Position numbers and translations under genes: made by a program. Shown one piece after another: positions 1-9,732 of a stretch of 34,924 nt of DNA (positions are counted from its first letter, which is position 1; every line of letters begins with the position of its first letter). Origin of the DNA: Octopus bimaculoides. Taxonomy: Eukaryota. Location of the stretch: the NCBI RefSeq assembly GCF_001194135.2, contig NC_068991.1:20573923-20608846 (forward strand), written 5' to 3'. The notes beneath the pieces are model-generated. The model was given only the letters and a program-made list of their open reading frames with translations. It made no database searches and was not told the DNA's origin.

Positions 1-21
1 CTCCACTTAGCTAAACCTGCA

Positions 22-64
22 TCCAGAGACATGTTTCTGAGTCTTTGCTCATCATCAGTCTGAA
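22..64 (-). ncRNA. Minimal type-I hammerhead ribozyme motif (HHR1)
   Basis: Minus strand reads TTCAGA-CTGATGA-TGAG(CAAAGA)CTCA-GAAA-CATGT-C-TCTGGA. It has an intact CUGAUGA/GAAA core, 4-bp stem II, palindromic stem III (ACATGT), a GUC cleavage triplet and 6-bp stem I with one G-U pair. Confidence 0.8.
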
Positions 65-132
65 GTAGCAACGGCATACAACTACTTTATCGCATCACTA
101 CTGCATAAATCTCTCTGAGAGATTTAGAAATG

Positions 133-134
<2 letters not shown>

Positions 135-169
<35 letters not shown>

Positions 170-194
170 TATATATATATAGAGAGAGAGAGAC

Positions 195-227
<33 letters not shown>

Positions 228-255
228 CATACATACATACATACATATATATAGA
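135..255. repeat. Compound (TA)n/(GA)n/(TACA)n microsatellite
   Basis: Directly visible simple repeats. Confidence 0.95.
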
Positions 256-446
256 CACTTGTTTATGGACTTCTCAACCCTATCATCATTTTGACTAGAT
301 CTGCATAAGTAGGATTTGAACTCAGAAAGCATACAACTTGAAAAAAAGACACCTTAAGACAGTTCATCCAAAGTGCTAATAATTTCACTTATCCAGTACT
401 CTGGCTTGGTACTTAATTATCAACCCTAAAGGGCCAGTCCTTGTAG

Positions 447-569
447 CTGTGTGCTGGATTTTGTGTTTTAATGACCCTGAGAGCTATTGCAGCAGAGTTA
501 CAAAGGCCTCCCAAGCTACACAGATCAAAGGACAGACAGCAGACTAATATAAATGACCTCTCCCTAGAG
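447..569 (+). CDS. Possible upstream exon of the + strand gene (phase 0-0, LCAGFCVLMTLRAIAAELQRPPKLHRSKDRQQTNINDLSLE)
   Basis: ccttgtag acceptor, GAG|gtaaat donor and an open frame. It cannot be phase-linked directly to the exon at 6058. Confidence 0.2.
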
Positions 570-606
570 GTAAATATGAATTTGTATAGATCCAACACCT
601 CTACCT

Positions 607-991
607 GTTGTTGGCACTCCATCGCTTACAACGTTGAGGGTTCTAGCTGATCTGATCAACGGAACAGCCTGCTCGTAAAATTAACGTGCAAGTGGCTGAG
701 CACTCCACAGACACGTAAGCCCTTAACGTAGTTCTCGGGGATATTCAGCGTGACACAGTGTGACAAGGCTGACCCTTTGAATTACAGGCACAATAGAAAT
801 AGGAAGTAAGAGTGAGAGAAAGTTGTGATGAAAGAGTACAGCAGGGTTCACCACCATCCCCTGCCGGAGCCTCGTGGAGCTTTAGGTGTTTTCGCTAAAT
901 AAACACTCACAACACCCATCTGGGAATCGAAATCGCGATCCTATGACCGCGAGTCCGCTGCCCTAACCACTAGGCCATTGTGCCTCCACCT
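607..991 (-). mobile_element. tRNA-derived SINE, working family A (~385 bp, CAA tail)
   Basis: tRNA-like head with A/B boxes on the - strand. Body near-identical to the copies at 9733, 20322 and 22487. TCTACCT occurs on both sides (600-606, 992-998). Confidence 0.9.
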
Positions 992-1274
992 TCTACCTAG
1001 TAAACAGCAAATAAAAACAAAGTGACAGGAGCATCGATGAAAATTGAAAACCAAAAACGCCTTCCCTGAAGAAAACATATGACGTGGTGCAGCAAAATCC
1101 ACAAGAAAGCCACATGCCCAACTTCCTTTCTAACTATCAAGAGAAATACCAAAATACCAAAAGGAACTAAAGTGCTGTGACAGAAGATGGGGAGGCAGGC
1201 GCTAGTGTAGGAATGGAGGAATAGATCCTAGAGTGTAAGCAGGGATAGTTGTTAATATTGGTGTTAATATTCCT

Positions 1275-1811
1275 TACTCTTTACTTGTTTCAGTCATTTG
1301 ACTGTGGCCATGCTGGAGCACCGCCTTTAGTCTAGCAAATCAACCCCAGGACTTATTCTTTGTAAGTCCAGTACTTATTCTATCGGTCTCTTTTGCCGAA
1401 CTGCTAGGTGACGGGGACATGAACACACCAGCATCGGTTGTCAAGCAATGCTAGGGGGACAAACACAGACATACAAACACACACACACACATATCATCAT
1501 CATCATCATCATCGTTTAACGTCCGCTTTCCATGCTAGCATGGGTTGGACGATTTGACTGAGGACTGGTGAAACCGGATGGCAACACCAGGCTCCAATCT
1601 AAATTTGGCACAGTTTCTACAGCTGGATGCCCTTCCTAACGCCAACCACTCAGACGATGGGCTTTTTTCAGTTTTCGTCTACCAAATCCACTCACAAGGC
1701 TTTGGTCGGCCTGAGGCTAGAGTAGAAGACATTTGCCCAAGATGTCACGCAGTGGGACTGAACCCAGAATCATGTGGTTAGTAAGCAAGCTACTTACCAC
1801 ACAGCCACTCC
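1275..1811 (-). mobile_element. tRNA-derived SINE family B carrying a nested family C fragment (1493-1653)
   Basis: Head GGAGTGGCTGTGTGG...GGGTTCAGTCCC and tail ...GAAACAAGTAAAGAGTA match other B copies. The internal microsatellite is interrupted by a (CAT)n-tailed C fragment. Confidence 0.9.
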
Positions 1812-2451
1812 TAATATTATTAAATATTTATATTAATATTATTATTACTATTAATTTTAATTAATATTAATATAATTAATTATAATTAATATTAATATTA
1901 TATATATTAAAGATAGATAGATGAGTTTGGCAATCGTATACAAAAGTTAAGAGCTCATCTATCTATCTATTACATTTCTGCTGAGTTTCCAGTCCTCTCT
2001 ATAAACTAAAAAAAAAAAACATTATTAATATTATTAATATCAATATTTCTTGAGGAATATTATTATTAATTGTTAATATTCCTTGAGGAATCCAGCACTC
2101 TGCATTATACATCAGGTCCTGACCTGGGGTCCACAATGAAGGAGGCAGAGAGGTTTACATAAATCTAGTTGGAAGTGGGATCCTGAGGTAGGGTTAAAAA
2201 TGCAGGGATCCAACTAGAGCAGTGATTCTCACAAATGGGGCCTGGGAAAATTGTGGTGTGGTATGAAATCCCTTTTTTTTTTTTTTTTTTTTTTTTTTAA
2301 AGGGCCATGGCATTGTGAAAATCTTTTTTCCACAGCAAACATACTACACCAATACTCAGCCTAGCCAAACCAATCCCTCCAACCAAGCATACTGTGTGAA
2401 AACTGTTTGCTACAATATAGCACCATTCTAATGCCCTGCTGTGGATATTCC

Positions 2452-2652
2452 TTTAATCCTTTAGTGTTCAAATTACTCTGCCAATGTAAAGTTTATTTAT
2501 CCATAATGTTTTGAATTAATCATGTATTGTCTCATAGCTGTGAGATTTCGATGATGCTGTCTATTTTGGGATGACATTGTAGGATAGGTGTGAGAGGCTA
2601 GACCTGGCTAGTTTGGACTTAAAAGATAAATATTTGGGCCGGATAAGGGTTA
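2452..2652 (+). mobile_element. Degenerate piggyBac-like MITE (same family as 4900-5631)
   Basis: Body (ttttgaattaatcatg..., gacattgtagg.tagg) matches 4900-5631. Ends are TTAA-tcctttag and aagggtta. Confidence 0.65.
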
Positions 2653-2877
2653 TTATGAGAAGTTGATAGAAACGTGATGATTTACAGCTGAGGCTAACAA
2701 AATTGTCTCCTTGAATTGAAGAAATCTGCCGTAGTCACCAGGCACAAGGTTCTTATCAAAGTGATTAACTTTTTTTCTTAGTCAATGATGTACTCTTTTT
2801 CTGTACTCCCACTTCATAAAAGAGTTACCGGTAGATTCTTTTGTATTAAATAATTGTGATAAAATATTGATTTCAAA

Positions 2878-3081
2878 TTTTGGCACAAGGCCAGAAATTT
2901 CAGGGAAGTGGGTAAGTCAATTATATCACCCCCCCCCTCCCGTACCCAGCTGGTGCTTATTTTATTGATCCTGAAAAGATGAACGACAAAGTCGACTTTG
3001 GCAGCATTTGAACTCAGAACGTTCAGATGGACAAAATGCTGCTAAGCCTTTTGCTCAGGAGTGCTAACAATTCTGCCAGCT
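2878..3081 (-). mobile_element. Degenerate SINE family D (Meta-domain-like)
   Basis: On the - strand: tRNA head ...gttctgagttcaaat, then a gtcgactttg..ttcatc..gatcaataaaataag central domain and an ...ggccttgtgcc tail. Confidence 0.75.
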
Positions 3082-3241
3082 AAAAATTATTATTATTTTT
3101 TATCCAACCAACCAGTGGTGGGAGCATACATTTTTCTGGAAAGTTCTGGAAAGTGGAGTCTGGGGGAAAATAGGTTGGGAAACACTGAAATGAAGAGAAG
3201 TAGAAAAGACAGCCCAAAGTCAGGAACAGTATAGAGAATAA

Positions 3242-3464
3242 GTCATTTCTTTATTGCCCACAGGGGGCTAAACATAGAGGGGACAAACAAGGACAGACAA
3301 AGGGATTAAGTCGATTACATCGACCCCAGTATGTAACTGGTACTTGTTTAATCAACCCCGAAAGGATAAAAGGCCAAGTCGACCTCGGTGGAATTTGAAC
3401 TCGGAATGTAACGGCAGACGAAATACCGCTACATATTTTTCGACAGGCGTGCTAACGCTTCTGC
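3242..3464 (-). mobile_element. SINE family D (Meta-domain-like) with 15-bp TSD
   Basis: Central domain GGTCGACTTGGCCTTTTATCCTTTCGGGGTTGATTAAAC resembles the MetaSINE domain (recalled, not searched). CAGTATAGAGAATAA is exact at 3227-3241 and 3465-3479. Confidence 0.85.
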
Positions 3465-3764
3465 CAGTATAGAGAATAATTCTCCATGGCCTATGCTCCA
3501 TAAGGAGTGAAGGAACTGAGTTCAAGTCCTGCAAAGATGTTAAGTCAAAAGTGACCTCAGCTAGATTTGAACTCAGAATGTTGAGGCAGACAAAATACTG
3601 CTAAGCATTTTGCTGGAATGCTAACAATTCTATTAGCTAAAAATAAATTTGTTTTTGTTCTAATGAGTGGTGGTGGTGGGGCATACACTTTTCCAGAAAG
3701 TTATAATGGGGCCTGGGGGAAAAACAGGTTGGGAATCAATGAACTAAATAGAAACAGTATAGAG

Positions 3765-4535
3765 CAGGGGTCAGAGAAATTTTTTAACCTATTACCCCAA
3801 GATATATATATTTACTCCAGCGTTACCTCCTTNNNNNNNNNNNNNNNNNNNNNNNNNNNNNNNNNNNNNNNNNNNNNNNNNNNNNNNNNNNNNNNNNNNN
3901 NNNNNNNNNNNNNNNNNNNNNNNNNNNNNNNNNNNNNNNNNNNNNNNNNNNNNNNNNNNNNNNNNNNNNNNNNNNNNNNNNNNNNNNNNNNNNNNNNNNN
4001 NNNNNNNNNNNNNNNNNNNNNNNNNNNNNNNNNNNNNNNNNNNNNNNNNNNNNNNNNNNNNNNNNNNNNNNNNNNNNNNNNNNNNNNNNNNNNNNNNNNN
4101 NNNNNNNNNNNNNNNNNNNNNNNNNNNNNNNNNNNNNNNNNNNNNNNNNNNNNNNNNNNNNNNNNNNNNNNNNNNNNNNNNNNNNNNNNNNNNNNNNNNN
4201 NNNNNNNNNNNNNNNNNNNNNNCCAAATTGTTTGTAGTTCAAATTGGCGTGACGTCTCCTAAGCACGTCCGTTACATTGGACAGATGCAATGTTGCCAGA
4301 AGATAAATTTCTGTTGTAACAAGGAACACGTTTTTATATAATTTTTGCTTATGTCATAGGCGTAGGAGTGGCTGTGTGGTAAGTAGCTTGCTTACCAACC
4401 ACATGGTTCCGGGTTCAGTCCCACTGCGTGGCATCTTGGGCAAGTGTCTTCTACTATAGCCTCGGGCCGACCAAAGCCTTGTGAGTGGATTTGGTAGATG
4501 GAAACTGAAAGAAGCCCATCGTGTATATGTACATA

Positions 4536-4566
<31 letters not shown>

Positions 4567-4846
4567 GTATATGTATGTGTGTATGTGTTTGTGTTTGTCC
4601 CCCCAACATCGCTTGACAACTGATGCTGGTGTGTTTACGTCCCCATAACTTAGCGGTTCAGCAAAAAGTGATCGATAGAATAAGTACTAGGCTTTCAAAG
4701 AATAAGTCCTGGGGTCGATTTGCTCGACTAAAGGCGGTGCTCCAGCATGGCCACAGTCAAAAGACTGAAACAAGTAAAAGAGTAATGTCTAATGAGTCTT
4801 CATTACCCGCAAGAATTTATTTTACCCCAGTTTTCACCAATGCCTG
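3765..4846 (+). mobile_element. hAT (Charlie-type) non-autonomous element spanning a gap and containing a SINE B
   Basis: Termini CAGGG.../...CCTG and an 8-bp direct repeat GTATAGAG at 3757-3764 and 4847-4854. Continuity across the N-gap is assumed. Confidence 0.6.
4359..4784 (+). mobile_element. SINE family B, full length
   Basis: GGCGTAGGAGTGGCTGTGTGG head, B box GGGTTCAGTCCC, internal microsatellite and GTAAAAGAGTA tail. Confidence 0.92.
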
Positions 4847-4899
4847 GTATAGAGAATAATTCTCCATGGCCTATGTTCTATAAGGTGCAAAGGGATTAA

Positions 4900-5310
4900 C
4901 CCCTTAGCATTCACATTATTCTGTTAAATGTAAAGCTTATTTATTCACATTGTTTTGAATTAATCATGCATTATTTTGTAATTCTGAGATTTCAATGATG
5001 TGATTACTCTTTTTTATTTATACTCTTTTTTATTTATACTCTTTTTTATTTATACTCTTTTTTATTTATACTCTTTTTTATTTATACTCTTTTTTATTTA
5101 TACTCTTTTTTTACTTGTTTCGGTCATTTGACTGTGGCCATGCTGGAGCACTGCCTTCAGTCGAGCAAATCAACCCCAGGACTTATTCTCTGTAAGCCTA
5201 GTACTTATTCTATCGGTCTCTTTTGCCGAACCGCTAAGTTACGGGGACGTAAACACACCAGCATCGGTTGTTAAGCGATGTTGGGGGCACAAACACTGAC
5301 ACACAAACAT

Positions 5311-5351
<41 letters not shown>

Positions 5352-5631
5352 CACACTCATATATACGACGGGCTTCTTTCAATTTCCATCTACCAAATCC
5401 ACTCACAAGGCTTTAGTCGGCCCGAGGCTATAGTAGAAGACACTTGCCCAAGGTGCCATGCAGTGGGACTGAACCTGGAACCATGTGGTTGGTAAGCAAG
5501 CTACTTACCACACAACCACTTGTATGCCGTTTATTTATTTTTAGAATGACATTGTAGGGTAGGTACAAGGGGCCAGATCTCTCTAGAGAGAGAATATTGG
5601 GCGGGACATGGCCGGTTTAAATGCTAAAGGG
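4900..5631 (+). mobile_element. piggyBac-like MITE interrupted by a SINE B
   Basis: TTAA at 4896-4899, TIRs CCCCTTAGCATT / AATGCTAAAGGG, and a degenerate ATAA on the right. Confidence 0.8.
5005..5528 (-). mobile_element. SINE family B with tail amplified to a 16-bp minisatellite
   Basis: Reverse complement of the B consensus. (TACTCTTTTTTATTTA) is repeated 6 times plus a partial unit at 5005-5111. Confidence 0.92.
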
Positions 5632-5822
5632 ATAAGTCAAGTCCCAAAAAGATGTAAGCCAAAACTGACCTCAGCTGGATTTGAACTCAGAGCTCACTAA
5701 GTTGGCTCAGATATCACGTTGCTCTAACAACTCCACCAATTTTCTGCATGAATGTATCAGTTCTAACAAATATAGCTATCATGATAGAATGCAGTCATTA
5801 CTGTTTGTGCTATTTATTTATT

Positions 5823-5856
<34 letters not shown>

Positions 5857-6057
5857 CTTTTTTTTTTTTTTTTTTTTTTTTGCTGGTATGGATTATCTGA
5901 GAGATTTATGTCTGGAATAATGAATATATCTAAAATGAATGGTGCCAATATATACAATGTTTTGGTTAGTTATTGAAAAATTTTCTTTGGATCGAATCAA
6001 TATTGATATTTTGAAAGGATAAAAGATTTTACTGATAGGATTTTCTTAATGTTGCAG

Positions 6058-6114
6058 AAGAATGTGTTTATCTGAGAGGAAACGGATCCTGCAAATTCTT
6101 GTGGAGGCCTTAAG
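6058..6114 (+). CDS. Internal exon of unidentified gene (phase 2-2, RMCLSERKRILQILVEAL)
   Basis: ttttcttaatgttgcag acceptor and AAG|gtcagt donor. Only one open frame, and its phase links to the exon at 9446. Confidence 0.65.
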
Positions 6115-6119
6115 GTCAG

Positions 6120-6217
6120 TAGCAGCAGTGGTGGTCTTTATGGTGGTGGTGGTGGTAGTAGTAGTAGTAGTTTATGATGTGGTGGTAGTCATGATGCTGC
6201 TTGTGCTGGTGGTGCTG

Positions 6218-6259
<42 letters not shown>

Positions 6260-6525
6260 GTTTTATGATGTGGTGGTAGCCATTGTGCTGGTGGTGGTGG
6301 TGGTGATGGTGGTAGTAGTAGTTTATGATGTGGTGGTAGTCATGGTGGTGGTGGTGATGGTGGTGGTGGTGGTAGTGGTGGTAGTAGTAGTAGTGATAGC
6401 AGCAGTAGTAGTAGTAGTAGTAGTAGTAGTAGCAGTAGTAGTAGTTTATGATGTGGTGGTAGTCATGGTGATGGTGGTGCTGGTGCTGGTTGTGCTGGTG
6501 GTGGTATTCATGGTGGTGGTGGTCA
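6120..6525. repeat. (GGT/GTA)n array with a recurring TTTATGATGTGGTGGTAG unit
   Basis: Visible trinucleotide repeats; source of the poly-Val ORFs. Confidence 0.95.
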
Positions 6526-6769
6526 TTGATTATCCTTGGTCAGTCTTGACCAAGCAGGCATATGATCAAAGAGATTCCGACCATAAACTGTAATCTCCCA
6601 CTCTTTTCCTTAGACATAATCTCATACAAAGAAAGAGAAAGGAAGGAAGAGACATAATCCAGTATGTCCTTCCTTTTCTTTTTATGATAGCAGGAGGATT
6701 TAACTGCTATTTCCTTTTAACAAGGTCCAGCTATCATGTAGAGGCTCTCTCACTGACTCATGTTGGGGG

Positions 6770-7170
6770 CATTAGTGGTGTTGATGGAAAAAGTGGTGGT
6801 GGTAGTGGTGGTGGTAGTGACGTTATTGTTGTTGTTGTTGTTGGTGGTGGTAGTGATGGTAGTTTTAGCTGTGGTGGTGGTGGTAGTGCTGGTAGTGGTG
6901 TTAGTGGTGTTGTTATTGGTGGTGGTAGTGATAGCTGTGGTGGTGGTATTAGTGGTGTTATTGTTGTTGTTGGTGATGGTGGTAGTGGTAGTAGTGATAG
7001 CTGTGGTGGTGGTGGTGGTGGTGGTGGTAGTGGTGTTGTTGGTGGTGGTAGTGATAGCTGTAGTGGTGGTGGTGGTGGTGGTGTGTGGTGGTAGTAGTAG
7101 TGGTTGTGGTGATGGTAGTGGTAGTGATAGTAGTGGTGGTGGTGGTGGTGGTATTAGTAGTAGTAGTGGT
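6770..7170. repeat. (GGT/GTA/GTT)n array running into a gap
   Basis: Visible simple repeat. Confidence 0.95.
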
Positions 7171-8103
7171 NNNNNNNNNNNNNNNNNNNNNNNNNNNNNN
7201 NNNNNNNNNNNNNNNNNNNNNNNNNNNNNNNNNNNNNNNNNNNNNNNNNNNNNNNNNNNNNNNNNNNNNNNNNNNNNNNNNNNNNNNNNNNNNNNNNNNN
7301 NNNNNNNNNNNNNNNNNNNNNNNNNNNNNNNNNNNNNNNNNNNNNNNNNNNNNNNNNNNNNNNNNNNNNNNNNNNNNNNNNNNNNNNNNNNNNNNNNNNN
7401 NNNNNNNNNNNNNNNNNNNNNNNNNNNNNNNNNNNNNNNNNNNNNNNNNNNNNNNNNNNNNNNNNNNNNNNNNNNNNNNNNNNNNNNNNNNNNNNNNNNN
7501 NNNNNNNNNNNNNNNNNNNNNNNNNNNNNNNNNNNNNNNNNNNNNNNNNNNNNNNNNNNNNNNNNNNNNNNNNNNNNNNNNNNNNNNNNNNNNNNNNNNN
7601 NNNNNNNNNNNNNNNNNNNNNNNNNNNNNNNNNNNNNNNNNNNNNNNNNNNNNNNNNNNNNNNNNNNNNNNNNNNNNNNNNNNNNNNNNNNNNNNNNNNN
7701 NNNNNNNNNNNNNNNNNNNNNNNNNNNNNNNNNNNNNNNNNNNNNNNNNNNNNNNNNNNNNNNNNNNNNNNNNNNNNNNNNNNNNNNNNNNNNNNNNNNN
7801 NNNNNNNNNNNNNNNNNNNNNNNNNNNNNNNNNNNNNNNNNNNNNNNNNNNNNNNNNNNNNNNNNNNNNNNNNNNNNNNNNNNNNNNNNNNNNNNNNNNN
7901 NNNNNNNNNNNNNNNNNNNNNNNNNNNNNNNNNNNNNNNNNNNNNNNNNNNNNNNNNNNNNNNNNNNNNNNNNNNNNNNNNNNNNNNNNTGATGATGATG
8001 ATGATATATATATGGGAGAATATACAAAAAATAACAACAGACGAGGACAGGTGGTGTAAATAACAAAAGTATATATTAGTATGACGCTCGGGAATACGGA
8101 AAG

Positions 8104-8140
8104 TCTTTGACGTTTCGAGCTACGCTCTTCAACAGAAAGA
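8104..8140 (-). ncRNA. Minimal hammerhead ribozyme-like motif with a variant core (HHR2), in a Penelope-like repeat fragment (~8010-8215)
   Basis: Minus strand reads TCTTT-CTGTTGA-A-GAGC(GTA)GCTC-GAAA-CGT-C-AAAGA. Stem I is 5 bp, stem II 4 bp, stem III is the palindrome ACGT, and the triplet is GUC. The core has A6>U. Confidence 0.65.
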
Positions 8141-8415
8141 ATACGGAGACAAGGAGAAAAACACGGAGAAAAAAAATGAATAGTGTTCAGTCAACGGTCA
8201 ATCATAATAATATATATACATATACACAAATATATACACATATATACATATCTGTATGTATGTAAAGTCAACAACTATTGAAGAGGTTGCAAGAAGCAAT
8301 GAAAATTTTAGAAAAAAATCCTGCAAAACATGTCCCCAACATGAGTCAGTGAGAGAGCCTCTACATAATAGCTGGATCTGTTAAAAGGAAATAGCAGTTA
8401 AATCCTCCTTCTATA

Positions 8416-8829
8416 GACGTGGGAGTGGCTGTGTGGTAAGTAGTTTGCTTACCAACCACATGGTTCCGGGTTCAGTCCCACTGCATGACACCTGGGGCGA
8501 GTGTTTTCTACTATAGCCTCGGGCCGACCAAAGCCTTGTGATTGGATTTGGTAGACGGAAATTGAAAGAAGCCCATTGTATATATGTACATATATATATA
8601 TGTATGTGTGTTTGTGTGTCTGTGTTTGTCCCCCCACCATCGCTTGACAACCGATGCTGGTGTGTTTACGTCCCCGTAACTTACAGGTTTGGCAAAAAGA
8701 GACCGATAGAATAAGTACTAGGCTTACAAAGAATAAGTCCTGGGGTTGATTTGGTCGACTAAAGGCGGTGCTCCAGCATGGCCACAGTCAAATGACTGAA
8801 ACAAGTAAAAGAATAAAGAGTAAAAGAGT
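8416..8829 (+). mobile_element. SINE family B, full length
   Basis: Matches other B copies from head to tail. Confidence 0.92.
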
Positions 8830-8868
8830 ATATATATATCTTATATTGTATGTATATATTTTATTTGG

Positions 8869-9168
8869 TAGTACTTATTCTATCGGTCTCTTTTGCCAAA
8901 CCGCTAAGTTACGGGGGACATAAACACACCAGCATCGATTGTCATGCGATGTTGGGGGGGGATAAACACAGACACACAAACATATACACATACATACATA
9001 TATATATGGCAGGCTTCTTTCAGTTTCCATCTACTAAATTCATTCACAAGGCTTTGGTCATCCTGAGGCTATAGTAGAAGACACATGCCTAAGGTGTCAC
9101 GCAGTGGGACTGAACCCGGAACCATGTGGTTTGTAAGCAAGCTACTTACCATACAGTCACTCCTACGC
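8869..9168 (-). mobile_element. SINE family B lacking its 3' end
   Basis: Reverse complement of the B head and body; inverted relative to 8416-8829. Confidence 0.9.
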
Positions 9169-9222
9169 ATGCTAACAATTCTGCCAGCTCCCTGCCTTAT
9201 CAACAACAACAATAATAATAGT

Positions 9223-9268
<46 letters not shown>

Positions 9269-9445
9269 TAAATACAAAGCTTTCTTCTACCACCCTTCAT
9301 CTTCAAGGCAGTAAGAAGTTAGATTTTTTATTTCTTTTGGTGAATAAAATTGTATTTATTTTGTTTGCATTTGAGAAATTTTTTGCATCGAAAGAGGTGT
9401 GTTATAATTTATTTATTTTTTCTTTTATTTTTTTTGTCTTTCTAG

Positions 9446-9636
9446 TTTTGTGCAATTTATTGATCGACAATAGATTGGTATCGCCCTCAAAATGATGAAC
9501 TCTGCTGCATATGATAGCATAACATATATATTAGGAAGAAAACTGGATCAAAAACGGAGCCTTGTACTACACAATTAATATGGTTTTCCTTTGAATCAAT
9601 ACTTTGTGGAGAGGCCAGTTGAGAACGAAATGACAG
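9446..9636 (+). pseudogene. Exon of the unidentified gene with two in-frame stops (phase 2-1): FVQFIDRQ*IGIALKMMNSAAYDSITYILGRKLDQKRSLVLHN*YGFPLNQYFVERPVENEMT
   Basis: Strong polypyrimidine tract plus ctag acceptor and ACAG|gtaaga donor. The 191-bp length bridges the phase-2 exon upstream and the phase-1 exon downstream exactly. All three frames contain stops. Confidence 0.6.
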
Positions 9637-9732
9637 GTAAGATTTAAATTTTAATATATTCATTTTATTTTTATCTAGTTTCAGCGCTTGAGCTGTGGCA
9701 CTTTTTTTATAGTTTTATAAACTATACATATA

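Larger units (their letters stand above)
6687..8414. repeat. ~80-bp inverted repeat pair (6687-6768 / 8334-8414)
   Basis: GGAGGATTTAACTGCTATTTCCTTTTAACA..TCCAGCTAT.ATGTAGAGGCTCTCTCACTGACTCATGTTGGGG is present on opposite strands with about 4 differences. Confidence 0.85.

Noticed and set aside
6062-8066. Long poly-Val, poly-Gly and poly-Thr ORFs (up to 438 aa)
   Set aside because: Translations of (GGT/GTA)n arrays and N-gaps. Only the first ~18 codons overlap a real exon.
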